Assembly (NCBI GenBank): GCA_964634215.1
Contig: CAZWKR010000001.1
Location: forward strand, 128,603-192,602
DNA: 64,000 bases
Origin: an uncultured bacterium
GTDB lineage: Bacteria > Fidelibacterota > Marinisomatia > Marinisomatales > JAHJCW01
Reading direction: 5' to 3'
Both the position numbers and the translations under genes were made by a program. Positions 49,722 to 60,076 of this stretch are shown here, piece after piece. Within the stretch, counting starts at the first letter, position 1; each line of letters starts with the position of its first letter. Under the pieces are notes generated by a model that did not search any database, had not been told where the DNA came from, and saw only the letters and a list, made by a program, of their open reading frames with translations.

Positions 49722-50279
49722 TTAGGCGTGACCACCTATACTGGCAGAATCATTTGTTTCAACACCAAGGGTGCGAGCTGCTTGTCCCCACATATATTTT
49801 TCGGGAACATCAAATATAAAATCAGGGGTGGTATTTTGCAATAACCAGTCACCGCGCTCAATTTCTTTTTCGAGCTGTCCACTACTCCAACCGGAATGTC
49901 CTAAAAAAAGCTTAAAACTGGCTGGTCCTTTTTTCTTTGATATATCACCTAAAATATCTTTGTGGCTTGTCATTGCAATCGTATCGACAATCTTTACTGA
50001 CTCTGAGACAGTATGATCTGTGCTATGTAAAACAATACCACGTTCAATCATGATGGGACCACCAAAATGAACAGTTGGTACGATTTGTAGAATGTTCTCA
50101 TTGTCTTCATAAATTTCTGTAAAAAGTTTTTTGAGATCGGGTTCCATAAACGGTCGGTTAATAACGAGCCCCATTGCGCCATCTTTTGTGTGTTCACAAA
50201 TGTAGACAACTGCTTTACCAAAATATGGATCAATCATATGCGGCATGGCAATTAATATATGATTCTGCAGTGAGTTCAT
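49722..50279 (-). CDS. yqgE: YqgE/AlgH family protein (UPF0301)
   Basis: 185 aa. LIAMPHM.DPYFGKAVVYICEH..DGAMGLVINRP and LFLGHSGWSSGQLEKEI are typical of the family. Confidence 0.85.
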   Translation of the reverse strand: MNSLQNHILIAMPHMIDPYFGKAVVYICEHTKDGAMGLVINRPFMEPDLKKLFTEIYEDNENILQIVPTVHFGGPIMIERGIVLHSTDHTVSESVKIVDTIAMTSHKDILGDISKKKGPASFKLFLGHSGWSSGQLEKEIERGDWLLQNTTPDFIFDVPEKYMWGQAARTLGVETNDSASIGGHA

Positions 50280-50462
50280 ATTGGAAATTACATCAATTTG
50301 TGTTGTTCAGCATAATACTCCCTCATTTCAAAATAAAATATTTATAATGTCATCTAAAAAACATTCTATATAAAAATTGAGAATCGGTTTTTGAAAGAAT
50401 TGAGATAAAAGGTAAATTTCAGTTTACTTTTTGAGCGTAATAACAAAATACAATAATAATTT

Positions 50463-53288
50463 ATGAAAACCATTTCAGATAAAATCATTATTCGCGGTGC
50501 CCGGCAGCACAACCTAAAGAATATTGATTTAGACATTCCCCGCAATAAATTAGTTGTAATTACAGGATTGTCAGGTTCAGGCAAATCATCGTTAGCTTTT
50601 GATACAATTTATGCGGAAGGACAAAGGCGCTACGTTGAATCGCTCTCCTCCTATGCGCGACAATTTTTAGGTCTAATGGAAAAACCGGACATGGATTATA
50701 TAGAGGGTTTATCGCCGGCAATTTCAATAGAGCAGAAAACAGCCGCCCGCAATCCACGCTCTACAGTAGGAACAGTTACAGAAATCCATGATTATCTACG
50801 GTTACTTTTTGCACACATTGGAAAACCACATTGTTGGATTTGCGGTAGACCAATTCAGCGCCAAACCGTACAACAAATTGTAGATACGGTTAAAAAGTTC
50901 AAAAATGATTCACGAATTTATATTTTGGCACCGGTTGTCCGTGGCAGAAAAGGAGAACATCGTGGCGTATTTGAGGAAATCAAAAAAGAAGGTTTTTTGC
51001 GAGTTCGAGTTAATGGTCGGCTACGTAACCTTGATGAAAAAATAAAATTAACCAAGACAAAAAAACACACAATCGAAGTTGTGGTGGATCGCTTAGTTCT
51101 TGAAGGGGATTTTCATGAGAGGCTTACCGAATCGATTGAGTTAGCATTAAAGATTGGTCTAGGATTGATTTTGGTGCATGAATTGCCTGACAAAGACCAT
51201 CTATTTAGCGAACATTTTGCCTGCCCCCATTGCGAAGTATCGATGGAGGAATTAACTCCAAGGATGTTCTCATTTAATTCTCCGTATGGAGCATGCACAA
51301 CTTGTGATGGACTTGGTTCTAAAATGGAAATTGATCCCGAATTAGTAGTGCCGGATAAAAAGAAATCCTTAATTCAGGGCGCAATAGCGCCACTTGGCGA
51401 ACAGCCACGTGGTAATTGGTATGGAAGCATTTTAAAAAGCCTGGCGAAACATTATAAACTAAGTTTTACAACGCCGTGGTATAAGATTGATCCTGTTGTG
51501 CGTGAAATTTTGCTCTATGGTACAGGTAGCAATCAATTTGAAATGACTTACACCTCTGATAGATGGAGTGGCACATATCGCGGCGGATGGGAAGGTACAA
51601 TCAATAATCTTATGCGACGCTATAAGCAAACCCAATCATCTCATATTCAGACTTGGATTGAACAATATATGCGTATGCAGCCCTGTCCGGAATGTAACGG
51701 AGCCCGATTAAAAAAAGAAAGCGCTGCAGTTACTGTTGGCGGTAAGAATCTCGGTGAAATTTCGCATATGAGTATTCGAACTATTTTAACATATGTCCAG
51801 AATTTAGATTTAAACGAAACTGAAAAAATAATTTCTGAACAAATATTACAAGAAATTTCAGAAAGACTCGGATTTCTAGTTAATGTTGGATTGGATTATC
51901 TTACACTAGAAAGATCAGCAACAACATTATCAGGTGGCGAAAACCAACGTATTCGTCTTGCAACGCAAATTGGATCACAATTGGTTGGTGTGTTATACGT
52001 GTTGGATGAACCTTCCATAGGATTGCATCCACGCGACAACACAAGACTATTAAGTACTTTAAAAGCTTTAAGAGATTTGGGAAATTCAATTTTGATTGTG
52101 GAACACGATCAAGAAACGATGGAGGCTTCTGATCATATCGTTGATATTGGACCCGGAGCAGGGGAGCACGGCGGTAAAATTATTTTTTCCGGCAAACCCA
52201 ACAAACTACTGCAATGCGATAACTCAATTACAGCACAATTTTTAACGGGTAAAAAAGAAATCACTTTACCCAAAATACGTAGGCACGGGCTCAATAAAAA
52301 TCTAAAGATTGTAGGAGCCAAAGGCAATAATTTAAAGAGCATTGATGTTAATTTTCCGCTAGGTAAATTTATAGTTGTAACGGGGGTTTCTGGTAGCGGC
52401 AAAAGTACGCTAATAAACGAAACTTTATATCCAATTTTAGCACGCGACCTACACAAAGCAAGAAAATATCCGTTACAGTATAAATCTATTGAAGGTTTAG
52501 AGTTATTAGATAAGGTGGTTGACATAGATCAAAAACCAATCGGGCGTACACCACGCTCAAATCCTGCGACATATACAGGTGTTTTTACTTTCATCCGTGA
52601 TTTGTTTTCACAACTTCCCGAATCAAAATTAAGAGGATATAAACCGGGAAGATTTTCATTTAATGTAAAAGGTGGACGCTGTGAGGCATGTCAAGGTGAC
52701 GGAATAATAAAAATTGAGATGAATTTTCTCCCTGATGTTTATGTTACTTGTGAAGTGTGTAATGGGAAGAGGTATAACCGCGAAACACTCGAAGTAAAAT
52801 ATAAGAGAAAAAACATTGCTGAAGTACTTGATATGTCGGTTGAGGAAGCGCAACAGTTCTTTAAAAATATCCCCTCGGTATTTAGAAAATTGACTACTTT
52901 ATGTGGGGTTGGATTGGGTTATATTCGTCTTGGACAGCAAGCGACAACGCTATCAGGTGGTGAAGCACAACGAGTAAAGCTGGCAACGGAATTATCAAAA
53001 ACCAGTAGTGATAAAACGATATATATTTTGGATGAACCTACAACAGGATTGCATTTTGCAGACGTAAAAATGTTGTTAACCGTACTTCAGACATTGGTTG
53101 ATCGTGGTAACACGGTTATTGTAATCGAGCATAACTTGGATGTGATCAAATGTGCGGATTGGGTGATTGATTTAGGCCCCGAAGGCGGCGATGCAGGTGG
53201 AGAAATAATGTTTATGGGGGTACCTGAAGATTTGGTGAAACATTCTAAATCGTACACAGGGAAATTTTTAAAAGTGAAAATAGGATAA
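50463..53288 (+). CDS. uvrA: Excinuclease ABC subunit A
   Basis: 941 aa. [28 protein letters not shown], zinc-finger Cys pairs, two ABC modules (LSGGE..R), and a second P-loop [10 protein letters not shown]. Confidence 0.96.
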   Translation: MKTISDKIIIRGARQHNLKNIDLDIPRNKLVVITGLSGSGKSSLAFDTIYAEGQRRYVESLSSYARQFLGLMEKPDMDYIEGLSPAISIEQKTAARNPRSTVGTVTEIHDYLRLLFAHIGKPHCWICGRPIQRQTVQQIVDTVKKFKNDSRIYILAPVVRGRKGEHRGVFEEIKKEGFLRVRVNGRLRNLDEKIKLTKTKKHTIEVVVDRLVLEGDFHERLTESIELALKIGLGLILVHELPDKDHLFSEHFACPHCEVSMEELTPRMFSFNSPYGACTTCDGLGSKMEIDPELVVPDKKKSLIQGAIAPLGEQPRGNWYGSILKSLAKHYKLSFTTPWYKIDPVVREILLYGTGSNQFEMTYTSDRWSGTYRGGWEGTINNLMRRYKQTQSSHIQTWIEQYMRMQPCPECNGARLKKESAAVTVGGKNLGEISHMSIRTILTYVQNLDLNETEKIISEQILQEISERLGFLVNVGLDYLTLERSATTLSGGENQRIRLATQIGSQLVGVLYVLDEPSIGLHPRDNTRLLSTLKALRDLGNSILIVEHDQETMEASDHIVDIGPGAGEHGGKIIFSGKPNKLLQCDNSITAQFLTGKKEITLPKIRRHGLNKNLKIVGAKGNNLKSIDVNFPLGKFIVVTGVSGSGKSTLINETLYPILARDLHKARKYPLQYKSIEGLELLDKVVDIDQKPIGRTPRSNPATYTGVFTFIRDLFSQLPESKLRGYKPGRFSFNVKGGRCEACQGDGIIKIEMNFLPDVYVTCEVCNGKRYNRETLEVKYKRKNIAEVLDMSVEEAQQFFKNIPSVFRKLTTLCGVGLGYIRLGQQATTLSGGEAQRVKLATELSKTSSDKTIYILDEPTTGLHFADVKMLLTVLQTLVDRGNTVIVIEHNLDVIKCADWVIDLGPEGGDAGGEIMFMGVPEDLVKHSKSYTGKFLKVKIG

Positions 53289-53294
53289 TATCAA

Positions 53295-55340
53295 TTGAGT
53301 AAGGCAGTTTCAAATAGACTCGTTTGGTTTTGGGAAAAAGGTTATTTCTATCATTTCGCAGCGCTAATTCTATTTTTGTACTATGCCCTTAATGATAGAA
53401 TTGGAGTCATGGATTGGTTCAAAGACCCGGCATATTTACACTATATAACATCTGCCCTAAATGATTTTGATACTTTACCGTATTTTTGGTGGAATAAATT
53501 AGAACGTATTTCGTGGATACCTCCGGTAGCGGCAACTTCTTCGTTTATTTCAATACCTGAAACAACATTGTTTTCACCATTAACACCACTAATATATTTT
53601 TTGAAAGACATTGTTTTCCTTAAACTTTATCTATTCATACATGGCTTGGTTGGAATATTGGGTACAATAGCTTTGCGTAAGCGGTTGAATTGGAATGATA
53701 TTCAATTTCGAACTTTTTCTGCACTATTTCTATTTTCACCTATAATTTTTCAACATATTGCCATCGGCTATTTACCGTGGTACAATATATTTTTCTTCCC
53801 GTGGCTAATTTATTTTTTAACCTCCCAAAAGTCAATTAAAAGAATAATAGGTATTTCTGCCGTACTATCACTGGTATTATTGCAGGGTGGGGTTTATGTT
53901 TTTGTATGGTTTTTTATGTTGATAGGTTTATATACCTTGTTTCAGGGTATATTTGAGAAAAAATGGATTCGATTTGTTGAACTAGTCATGGTCTTAGGTT
54001 TGGTTTTTTTACTTGCTTACGTACGCATTTACGCTACTAGTTTAGTATATTCTGATTTTGATAGAGTGTGGTTTGAACCGGCTGGATATAACCCAATTAA
54101 TTTCTTAATCTACGCACTAATACCAACAGTAATGATTTCACCGTTTGATCTGTTTTTTTGGACAACCCTTGTTAAATTAGGAATTCCAGCTCATGATTCA
54201 GGGATTTTTTGGGGACTGGCAGTTTTTATGGTGGCAATTTTATTTATTAAATATAAAAATATATTTTACTCAAACCCTAATCCAAGAAGTCAACATTTAA
54301 ACTATAAAGCTGTGTTTTTCTCTGCTGGTATTATTTTTGCTTTCTCATTTTTTTACAATTGGTACTGGTTAATGAAGGGAATTAGTTCAATTATGACATT
54401 CCCGTTTTTTGAAAGCATAAAAAACTATGGACATCGACTGGCTATTCCCGCATATTTAGGCTTTTCTTTAGTCATGGCAAATTATGCCGATGAAATTTGG
54501 CAAGTAATGCACAAATTTACATTAGCTAAATCTTGGATTGGTGTAAAGAAATTTTTTAAAACCATTCTTGTGCTGGGCATATTTGGATTGGGCTCATTGT
54601 ATTTAGTATTAAAATTGTTTACTAAAATAATAATTGAAAAACTTTTAGAATGGATGACCGAAGCCTATAACGATTCAGGTAGTTTTTGGTTAAGAGAGAG
54701 GATGGAGGGTATAAATGAAAACAAGTTGGAGTTTTATTTAGAGCGCATTGAAAACATTTTTCACGTTTTTCAATATTGGTTATTTATGGTTTTAATGTTT
54801 TTCGCAATAATTTTTGTTTTTTTATATTTATTGAAGAGGTTTAAATATTTATTGGTTGGTGTTGTAATGCGTTTTCCTAACCTGAAATTTGAACTGCTGT
54901 TAGCATTACCACTATTCTTTGCAACGTCTAATTGGGTTGCTTTAGGGACTTCGGTTCCATTTAGCGAGCGTCCGCGACAAGAAGTGTTACCACCAAAAAT
55001 AACCATTATTAATCAGAAGGCTGATTCTGAAATTGAGACGATTGCAACTCCGCAATCATTAAAGATAATACAAGCTCAAGATGGAATACCAAATACCTAT
55101 ATATTCCCGGAATTACTTGCCAATGACCGCATATGCTTGTCGGTAGGTACAAATAATGCTACGCTTAAAGATAGTGCTGATATATTAATATTAGAAGCGA
55201 CGGATGACAGGACAATCGAAATTATTTATAAGACAAAAAAAATTAAGCAAGCACTTTGGCTCACAATTTTATCATGGATAGGTGTGATTGTGTTCTTTAT
55301 GGTGTGCAGTTTACGCTCTAGAAAACTTAGAGATGATTAA
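53295..55340 (+). CDS. Large polytopic membrane protein, GT-C-like glycosyltransferase candidate
   Basis: 681 aa with at least 14 hydrophobic helices across the N-terminal ~540 aa. An Asp-containing first loop (YALNDRIGVMDW), a soluble ~110-aa C-terminal segment and a final TM helix. TTG start 6 bp after the uvrA stop. The family is not recognised directly; the function is inferred from context. Confidence 0.5.
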   Translation: MSKAVSNRLVWFWEKGYFYHFAALILFLYYALNDRIGVMDWFKDPAYLHYITSALNDFDTLPYFWWNKLERISWIPPVAATSSFISIPETTLFSPLTPLIYFLKDIVFLKLYLFIHGLVGILGTIALRKRLNWNDIQFRTFSALFLFSPIIFQHIAIGYLPWYNIFFFPWLIYFLTSQKSIKRIIGISAVLSLVLLQGGVYVFVWFFMLIGLYTLFQGIFEKKWIRFVELVMVLGLVFLLAYVRIYATSLVYSDFDRVWFEPAGYNPINFLIYALIPTVMISPFDLFFWTTLVKLGIPAHDSGIFWGLAVFMVAILFIKYKNIFYSNPNPRSQHLNYKAVFFSAGIIFAFSFFYNWYWLMKGISSIMTFPFFESIKNYGHRLAIPAYLGFSLVMANYADEIWQVMHKFTLAKSWIGVKKFFKTILVLGIFGLGSLYLVLKLFTKIIIEKLLEWMTEAYNDSGSFWLRERMEGINENKLEFYLERIENIFHVFQYWLFMVLMFFAIIFVFLYLLKRFKYLLVGVVMRFPNLKFELLLALPLFFATSNWVALGTSVPFSERPRQEVLPPKITIINQKADSEIETIATPQSLKIIQAQDGIPNTYIFPELLANDRICLSVGTNNATLKDSADILILEATDDRTIEIIYKTKKIKQALWLTILSWIGVIVFFMVCSLRSRKLRDD

Positions 55341-55383
55341 ATAATAAGAAATATTTTCTTTTCTTGTCCTTAAATTTCAATAT

Positions 55384-56865
55384 ATGTCTATTAATAAATC
55401 TAAACAAATAGCACTTTTTGTCGATTTAGATGGCACATTAATTGCCACCGACACTTTATTAGAATCAATTGTTTTATTGTTAAAAACGTATCCACTAAAA
55501 ATATTTTTGTTAATATTGTGGGTCTTTAAAGGTAAGTCATATTTCAAAAGTAAGATTACTCAGTTTAATACAGTCCGGGCAGATTTACTCCCGTATAATG
55601 AAGAGGTATTGAATTATATAAAGGAAGAAAAAGGAAAAGGTCGCAAGATATATTTATTAACTGCGGCAAATCAAATGATTGCTGATGATGTTGCTGATTA
55701 TCTTGGCATATTTTCCGGTACTTTTGGTTCAACCGATAAGGTCAATCTATCAGGAGACCGAAAATTAAAAACAATTTTTCAAACAATTAATAATACACAA
55801 TTTGACTACATTGGTAACTCTAAAGCAGACATACCAATTTGGGAAAAATCCAACAAAATAATAATGGTAAATCCTAAGACGGGCATAAAAAACAAATTTT
55901 TAAAAAACGACAATGTTCAATTAATTAGAGTAAGTAGAAAAATAACAAAGACTAAGATTTTAGTTAAAGAAATACGTGTTTATCAGTGGGCGAAAAACTT
56001 ATTACTCTTTTTACCAATTATAATGGCACATCAGTTTAATAATGCAAATTTGTTGGCTGCAGCTTTGTGGGCATTTGTATCGTTCAGTTTTTGTGCTTCA
56101 GCAGTTTATATATTGAACGATTTATTGGACTTAGAAACTGACAGGAAGCATCCAACCAAGAAAAACAGACCACTGGCCTCAGGTTTAATGTCTGTAACAA
56201 CAGGTGTGTTGTTAATTTTTTTACTTTTATTTACAAGTGTTTTCATATCAGTTAAGATGCTTTCCACAGCATTTTTATTAATTTTAATAATTTATATGAT
56301 TTTTACTACCGCTTACTCGATTATACTTAAACAAATAATGCTGATTGATGTGATAGTATTGGGTGGATTATATACTTTACGAATTGCTGCTGGATCATTT
56401 GCTACTGGTGTAGAAGTATCTTCGTGGTTGTTAGTGTTTTCAATGTTTTTCTTCTTAAGCCTTGCTTTTATGAAAAGATATGCTGATTTAATTCTAATGA
56501 AACAGAACAACCAGAACGAAATAGCGGGAAGGGGTTACCATATTGACGATATAGATCTTGTACAAAAGTCTGGTATTACAAGTGGGTTTATGGCGATGTT
56601 AGTCTTGGCGTTATACATTAACAGTGATAATGTGATTGAGCTATACAAATCGCCGATGCTTATTTGGTTTATGATACCGGTACTATTTTATTGGTTAATG
56701 AGGATGTGGATGGTTACAAATCGAGGAGAGATGGCAGACGATCCCATTATTTACGCCATACGCGACAGGACAACATATGTTGTGATGACAATCATAGGTA
56801 TAATAATGATATTAGCGGCTACTTTAGATGGTTCTATTTTTAATAATCTTAATATAATTCAATGA
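55384..56865 (+). CDS. HAD-like phosphatase domain fused to UbiA-family polyprenyl-phosphate phosphoribosyltransferase-like domain
   Basis: 493 aa. N-terminal HAD motifs (FVDLDGTL, LLTAAN, GNSKAD). C-terminal 8-9 TM UbiA domain with NDLLDLETDRKHPTKKNRPLASG, resembling decaprenyl-phosphate phosphoribosyltransferase (Rv3806c-type HPTK..RP.A.G). Confidence 0.75.
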   Translation: MSINKSKQIALFVDLDGTLIATDTLLESIVLLLKTYPLKIFLLILWVFKGKSYFKSKITQFNTVRADLLPYNEEVLNYIKEEKGKGRKIYLLTAANQMIADDVADYLGIFSGTFGSTDKVNLSGDRKLKTIFQTINNTQFDYIGNSKADIPIWEKSNKIIMVNPKTGIKNKFLKNDNVQLIRVSRKITKTKILVKEIRVYQWAKNLLLFLPIIMAHQFNNANLLAAALWAFVSFSFCASAVYILNDLLDLETDRKHPTKKNRPLASGLMSVTTGVLLIFLLLFTSVFISVKMLSTAFLLILIIYMIFTTAYSIILKQIMLIDVIVLGGLYTLRIAAGSFATGVEVSSWLLVFSMFFFLSLAFMKRYADLILMKQNNQNEIAGRGYHIDDIDLVQKSGITSGFMAMLVLALYINSDNVIELYKSPMLIWFMIPVLFYWLMRMWMVTNRGEMADDPIIYAIRDRTTYVVMTIIGIIMILAATLDGSIFNNLNIIQ

Positions 56866-58187
56866 AACAATACTATACATCATGGGGGTTTTATCCTCCG
56901 GCAAAGCACAAAACAGCCATAAAATTAAATTGGATAGGCAATATTCCTGAAATAAGTAAAATCGAAACTTCCGTACTACCATATGGTTTGGGTCGCAGTT
57001 ATGGCGACAACTGTTTGAACAATGATAACACGTTATTAGATACATCGGGACTTTCAAGATTTATTGAATTTGATAAGGAGTCAGGAATAATCAAATGTGA
57101 AGCTGGTTTATCATTTGCAGAAATATTGCGGATAATTGTACCGAACGGATGGTTTTTTCCGGTTACCCCCGGCACAAAATTTATTACTATCGGTGGCGCA
57201 ATCGCAAACGATGTTCACGGAAAAAACCACCACATAGCAGGCACTTTTGGCAAACATGTAATCAGTTTTGAATTATTGAGATCCAATGGTAAAAAATATA
57301 TATGTTCAGCAACTGAAAACACCGAATTATATAAAACGACAATTGGCGGAATGGGCTTAACAGGACTGATCCTGTGGGCACAATTTAGACTGAAACCCAT
57401 TAAAAATTCTTATATTGATGCCGAAACAATTAAATTTAATAATTTAGATGAATTCTTTGAGCTTTCGGAAAAATCTTCAAATGATTATGAATATATTGTA
57501 TCATGGATAGATTGCACAAGTAAGGGCAAGAAATTTGGGAGGGGATTGTTTTTTCGGGGTAATCATTCTAATCTTGATAAAGCAGAATTACCACAACCAA
57601 AATCACCGAAAAGAATCCCATTTCCATTTACGGCACCGTCTATTTTATTAAATAAGCTCACGCTAAAAATTGTCAATGGAATAATTTATCATTCACAGTT
57701 TAAGAAACATAAAACGGGCATAAAACACTATGACCCGTTTTTCTATCCTTTGGATTCAATATTGAACTGGAACCGAATGTATGGCAAGAGAGGATTTTTT
57801 CAATATCAATGTGTTGTTCCATATACCGATGGTGGTGTTGCAATCAGACAGATCCTGCAGCAAATATCAAAGTCGGGAAAAGGATCGTTTTTAGCTGTGT
57901 TGAAAACAATGGGCAATGTTGAATCTCCCGGAGTGCTATCTTTTCCAAGGGAAGGAGTTACTTTAGCATTAGATTTCGCCAATCATGGTGATAAAACAAA
58001 TATATTATTTACTGAATTGGATGAAATCGTTAAATCTGTGGGCGGTGCTTTATATCTCTGCAAAGACGCACGTATGTCTCCAGAAATGTTTCGTTTCAGT
58101 TATGCCGAATGGGAAAATTTTAAAAAATATATAGATCCAAAATTTTCATCTAGTCAGTGGCGTAGAGTAAACAGAGAAAAGGAGTAG
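56862..58187 (+). CDS. FAD-dependent oxidase, DprE1-like (polyprenylphosphoryl-beta-D-ribofuranose 2'-oxidase candidate)
   Basis: 441 aa. YGLGRSYGDN, PGTKFITIGGAIANDVHGKNHH.AGTFG, GGMGLTGLI, FFYPLD..NWNRMYGKRGFFQYQCVVP and LYLCKDAR parallel M. tuberculosis DprE1 block by block (from memory). ATGA overlap with the upstream gene. Confidence 0.8.
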   Translation: MKQYYTSWGFYPPAKHKTAIKLNWIGNIPEISKIETSVLPYGLGRSYGDNCLNNDNTLLDTSGLSRFIEFDKESGIIKCEAGLSFAEILRIIVPNGWFFPVTPGTKFITIGGAIANDVHGKNHHIAGTFGKHVISFELLRSNGKKYICSATENTELYKTTIGGMGLTGLILWAQFRLKPIKNSYIDAETIKFNNLDEFFELSEKSSNDYEYIVSWIDCTSKGKKFGRGLFFRGNHSNLDKAELPQPKSPKRIPFPFTAPSILLNKLTLKIVNGIIYHSQFKKHKTGIKHYDPFFYPLDSILNWNRMYGKRGFFQYQCVVPYTDGGVAIRQILQQISKSGKGSFLAVLKTMGNVESPGVLSFPREGVTLALDFANHGDKTNILFTELDEIVKSVGGALYLCKDARMSPEMFRFSYAEWENFKKYIDPKFSSSQWRRVNREKE

Positions 58188-58190
58188 ATA

Positions 58191-58931
58191 GTGAATAATA
58201 TTTTAGTGATAGGTGCAACTTCCGCAATAGCGCAAGCATTTATAGAAATCATGGCTATTGGTGACAACAAACTATTTTTGGTCGCTCGCGATAAAGAAAA
58301 GCTAAGTGCAATAAAAAATGACCTTAGAGTAAGAAATAATACAAATTTAACCACTTTTGTTTTGGATGTAAGCTTTCGTGATGATTATGATAGTATGTTT
58401 ACTGCTGCTAAATCATATTTAGGTAAAATTGATATTATTTTAATAGCCCATGGAACTTTGCCGGATCAGTTAGAATGTGAAGCTAATATTAGTAAAGCCA
58501 TATTCGAATTTGAGATCAACACCTTAAGTACTATAGCGTTATGTTTACAATCTGCCAAAATATTTGAAATACAAAAATCTGGACTATTAGCAGTAATAAC
58601 GTCCGTTGCTGGTGACCGTGGACGCCAAAGTAATTATATTTATGGTTCAGCAAAAGGTGCGGTCAATATTTTTTTACAGGGTTTACGCAACCGGCTTACC
58701 AAATATGGTGTAAGTGTTTTGACAGTAAAACCGGGTTTTGTTGATACGCCAATGACTGCTCACATTTCAAAAACCCCACTTTTTTCTAGTCCGAAAACTG
58801 TGGCGAATGGAATCGTAAGGGCTGTTAACAAAAACAAATCAAAAGGAATTTACCTACCGGGATATTGGCGAATCATTATGCTCATTGTTAAAGCAATCCC
58901 GAGAAGAATCTTTAATAAGCTATCTTTATAG
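58191..58931 (+). CDS. Short-chain dehydrogenase, DprE2-like (2'-keto reductase candidate)
   Basis: 246 aa. VIGATSAIA Rossmann fold, YGSAKGAV (YxxxK), and a C-terminus AIPRRIFNKLSL resembling the DprE2 C-terminus HIPRSIFRKLPI. GTG start preceded by SD aaggag. Confidence 0.75.
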   Translation: MNNILVIGATSAIAQAFIEIMAIGDNKLFLVARDKEKLSAIKNDLRVRNNTNLTTFVLDVSFRDDYDSMFTAAKSYLGKIDIILIAHGTLPDQLECEANISKAIFEFEINTLSTIALCLQSAKIFEIQKSGLLAVITSVAGDRGRQSNYIYGSAKGAVNIFLQGLRNRLTKYGVSVLTVKPGFVDTPMTAHISKTPLFSSPKTVANGIVRAVNKNKSKGIYLPGYWRIIMLIVKAIPRRIFNKLSL

Positions 58932-59047
58932 TAATAGATTCACGCTTTATATGGCATAAATAAGTTTTTTGCACTCAATATTTGGAAAACCTTGAAACCA
59001 AGTAGTATTTTCACGCCCTCAATATATACGTTTTTTAATTATTTCGC

Positions 59048-60076
59048 ATGATTAACGAATTACACATGACCGATCCTGTTCCAACCGATGATGATTTAAC
59101 GGTTGAAAAAACATTAAGACCGTCACATTTTGATGATTTTATTGGGCAAAGAGAGTTGGTTGAAAGCTTAATGGTCTATATCGAAGCTGCAAATAAAAGA
59201 GAGGGGGCGCTCGATCATGTATTATTATTTGGACCACCGGGACTCGGAAAAACGACCTTAGCTAACATTGTTGCCAAGGAATTAAACGTAAATGTTCGAC
59301 CCTCTTCCGGTCCGGTTTTGGATCGTGCAGGAGATTTAGCAGGGATGCTTACTAATCTAGAACACCGTGATGTGTTTTTTATCGATGAAATACATCGGTT
59401 AAATAGTATTGTCGAAGAATATTTATATTCAGCGATGGAAGATTTCCGTATCGATATTATGATTGACAAAGGACCGGGCGCTCGTAGTGTACAATTAAAT
59501 TTAGAACCGTTCACTCTTGTTGGAGCAACGACCCGCTTAGGAAATCTAACCTCACCATTACGTGATCGTTTTGGTGTAGTGTTAAGAGTTGATTATTATA
59601 GCGATGAAGATTTGTTTCATATTGTGCAACGCTCTGCAGAAATTTTGGGGATTGAAATTGACGATGATGGCACTTGGGAAATCGCACGTCGCTCACGCGG
59701 GACACCACGAATTGCTAATCGAATATTACGCCGTACAAGAGATTATGCAGAGGTTAAAGCCGGTGGTAAGATAAATAAAGATATAGCAAAAAAGTCACTT
59801 ACAACACTTGGAATCGACAAAACGGGACTGGATGAAATGGACAGACGTATATTAACTACTTTAATTGATAAGTTTGATGGCGGACCCGTGGGCATAGGTT
59901 CGTTAGCGGTCGCCATCAGTGAGGATTCAACAACTATCGAAGATGTATATGAACCGTTTTTAATAAAAGAAGGTTTTCTCCAACGGACATCTAGGGGGCG
60001 AATAGCTCAGGAAAAAGCATTTAAATTGTTAGGAAAAAAACAAAAACTACTACAACGAGGTTTGTTTAATGATTGA
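59048..60076 (+). CDS. ruvB: Holliday junction branch migration DNA helicase RuvB
   Basis: 342 aa. [35 protein letters not shown]. Confidence 0.95.
   Translation: MINELHMTDPVPTDDDLTVEKTLRPSHFDDFIGQRELVESLMVYIEAANKREGALDHVLLFGPPGLGKTTLANIVAKELNVNVRPSSGPVLDRAGDLAGMLTNLEHRDVFFIDEIHRLNSIVEEYLYSAMEDFRIDIMIDKGPGARSVQLNLEPFTLVGATTRLGNLTSPLRDRFGVVLRVDYYSDEDLFHIVQRSAEILGIEIDDDGTWEIARRSRGTPRIANRILRRTRDYAEVKAGGKINKDIAKKSLTTLGIDKTGLDEMDRRILTTLIDKFDGGPVGIGSLAVAISEDSTTIEDVYEPFLIKEGFLQRTSRGRIAQEKAFKLLGKKQKLLQRGLFND

Noticed and set aside
50280-50462. The largest intergenic gap (yqgE-uvrA) as a hiding place for a small RNA gene such as SRP RNA or 6S
   Set aside because: The sequence is AT-rich with no extended helices or conserved SRP or 6S motifs visible. 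It contains only a short aattgaga direct repeat and is most simply a divergent promoter region.
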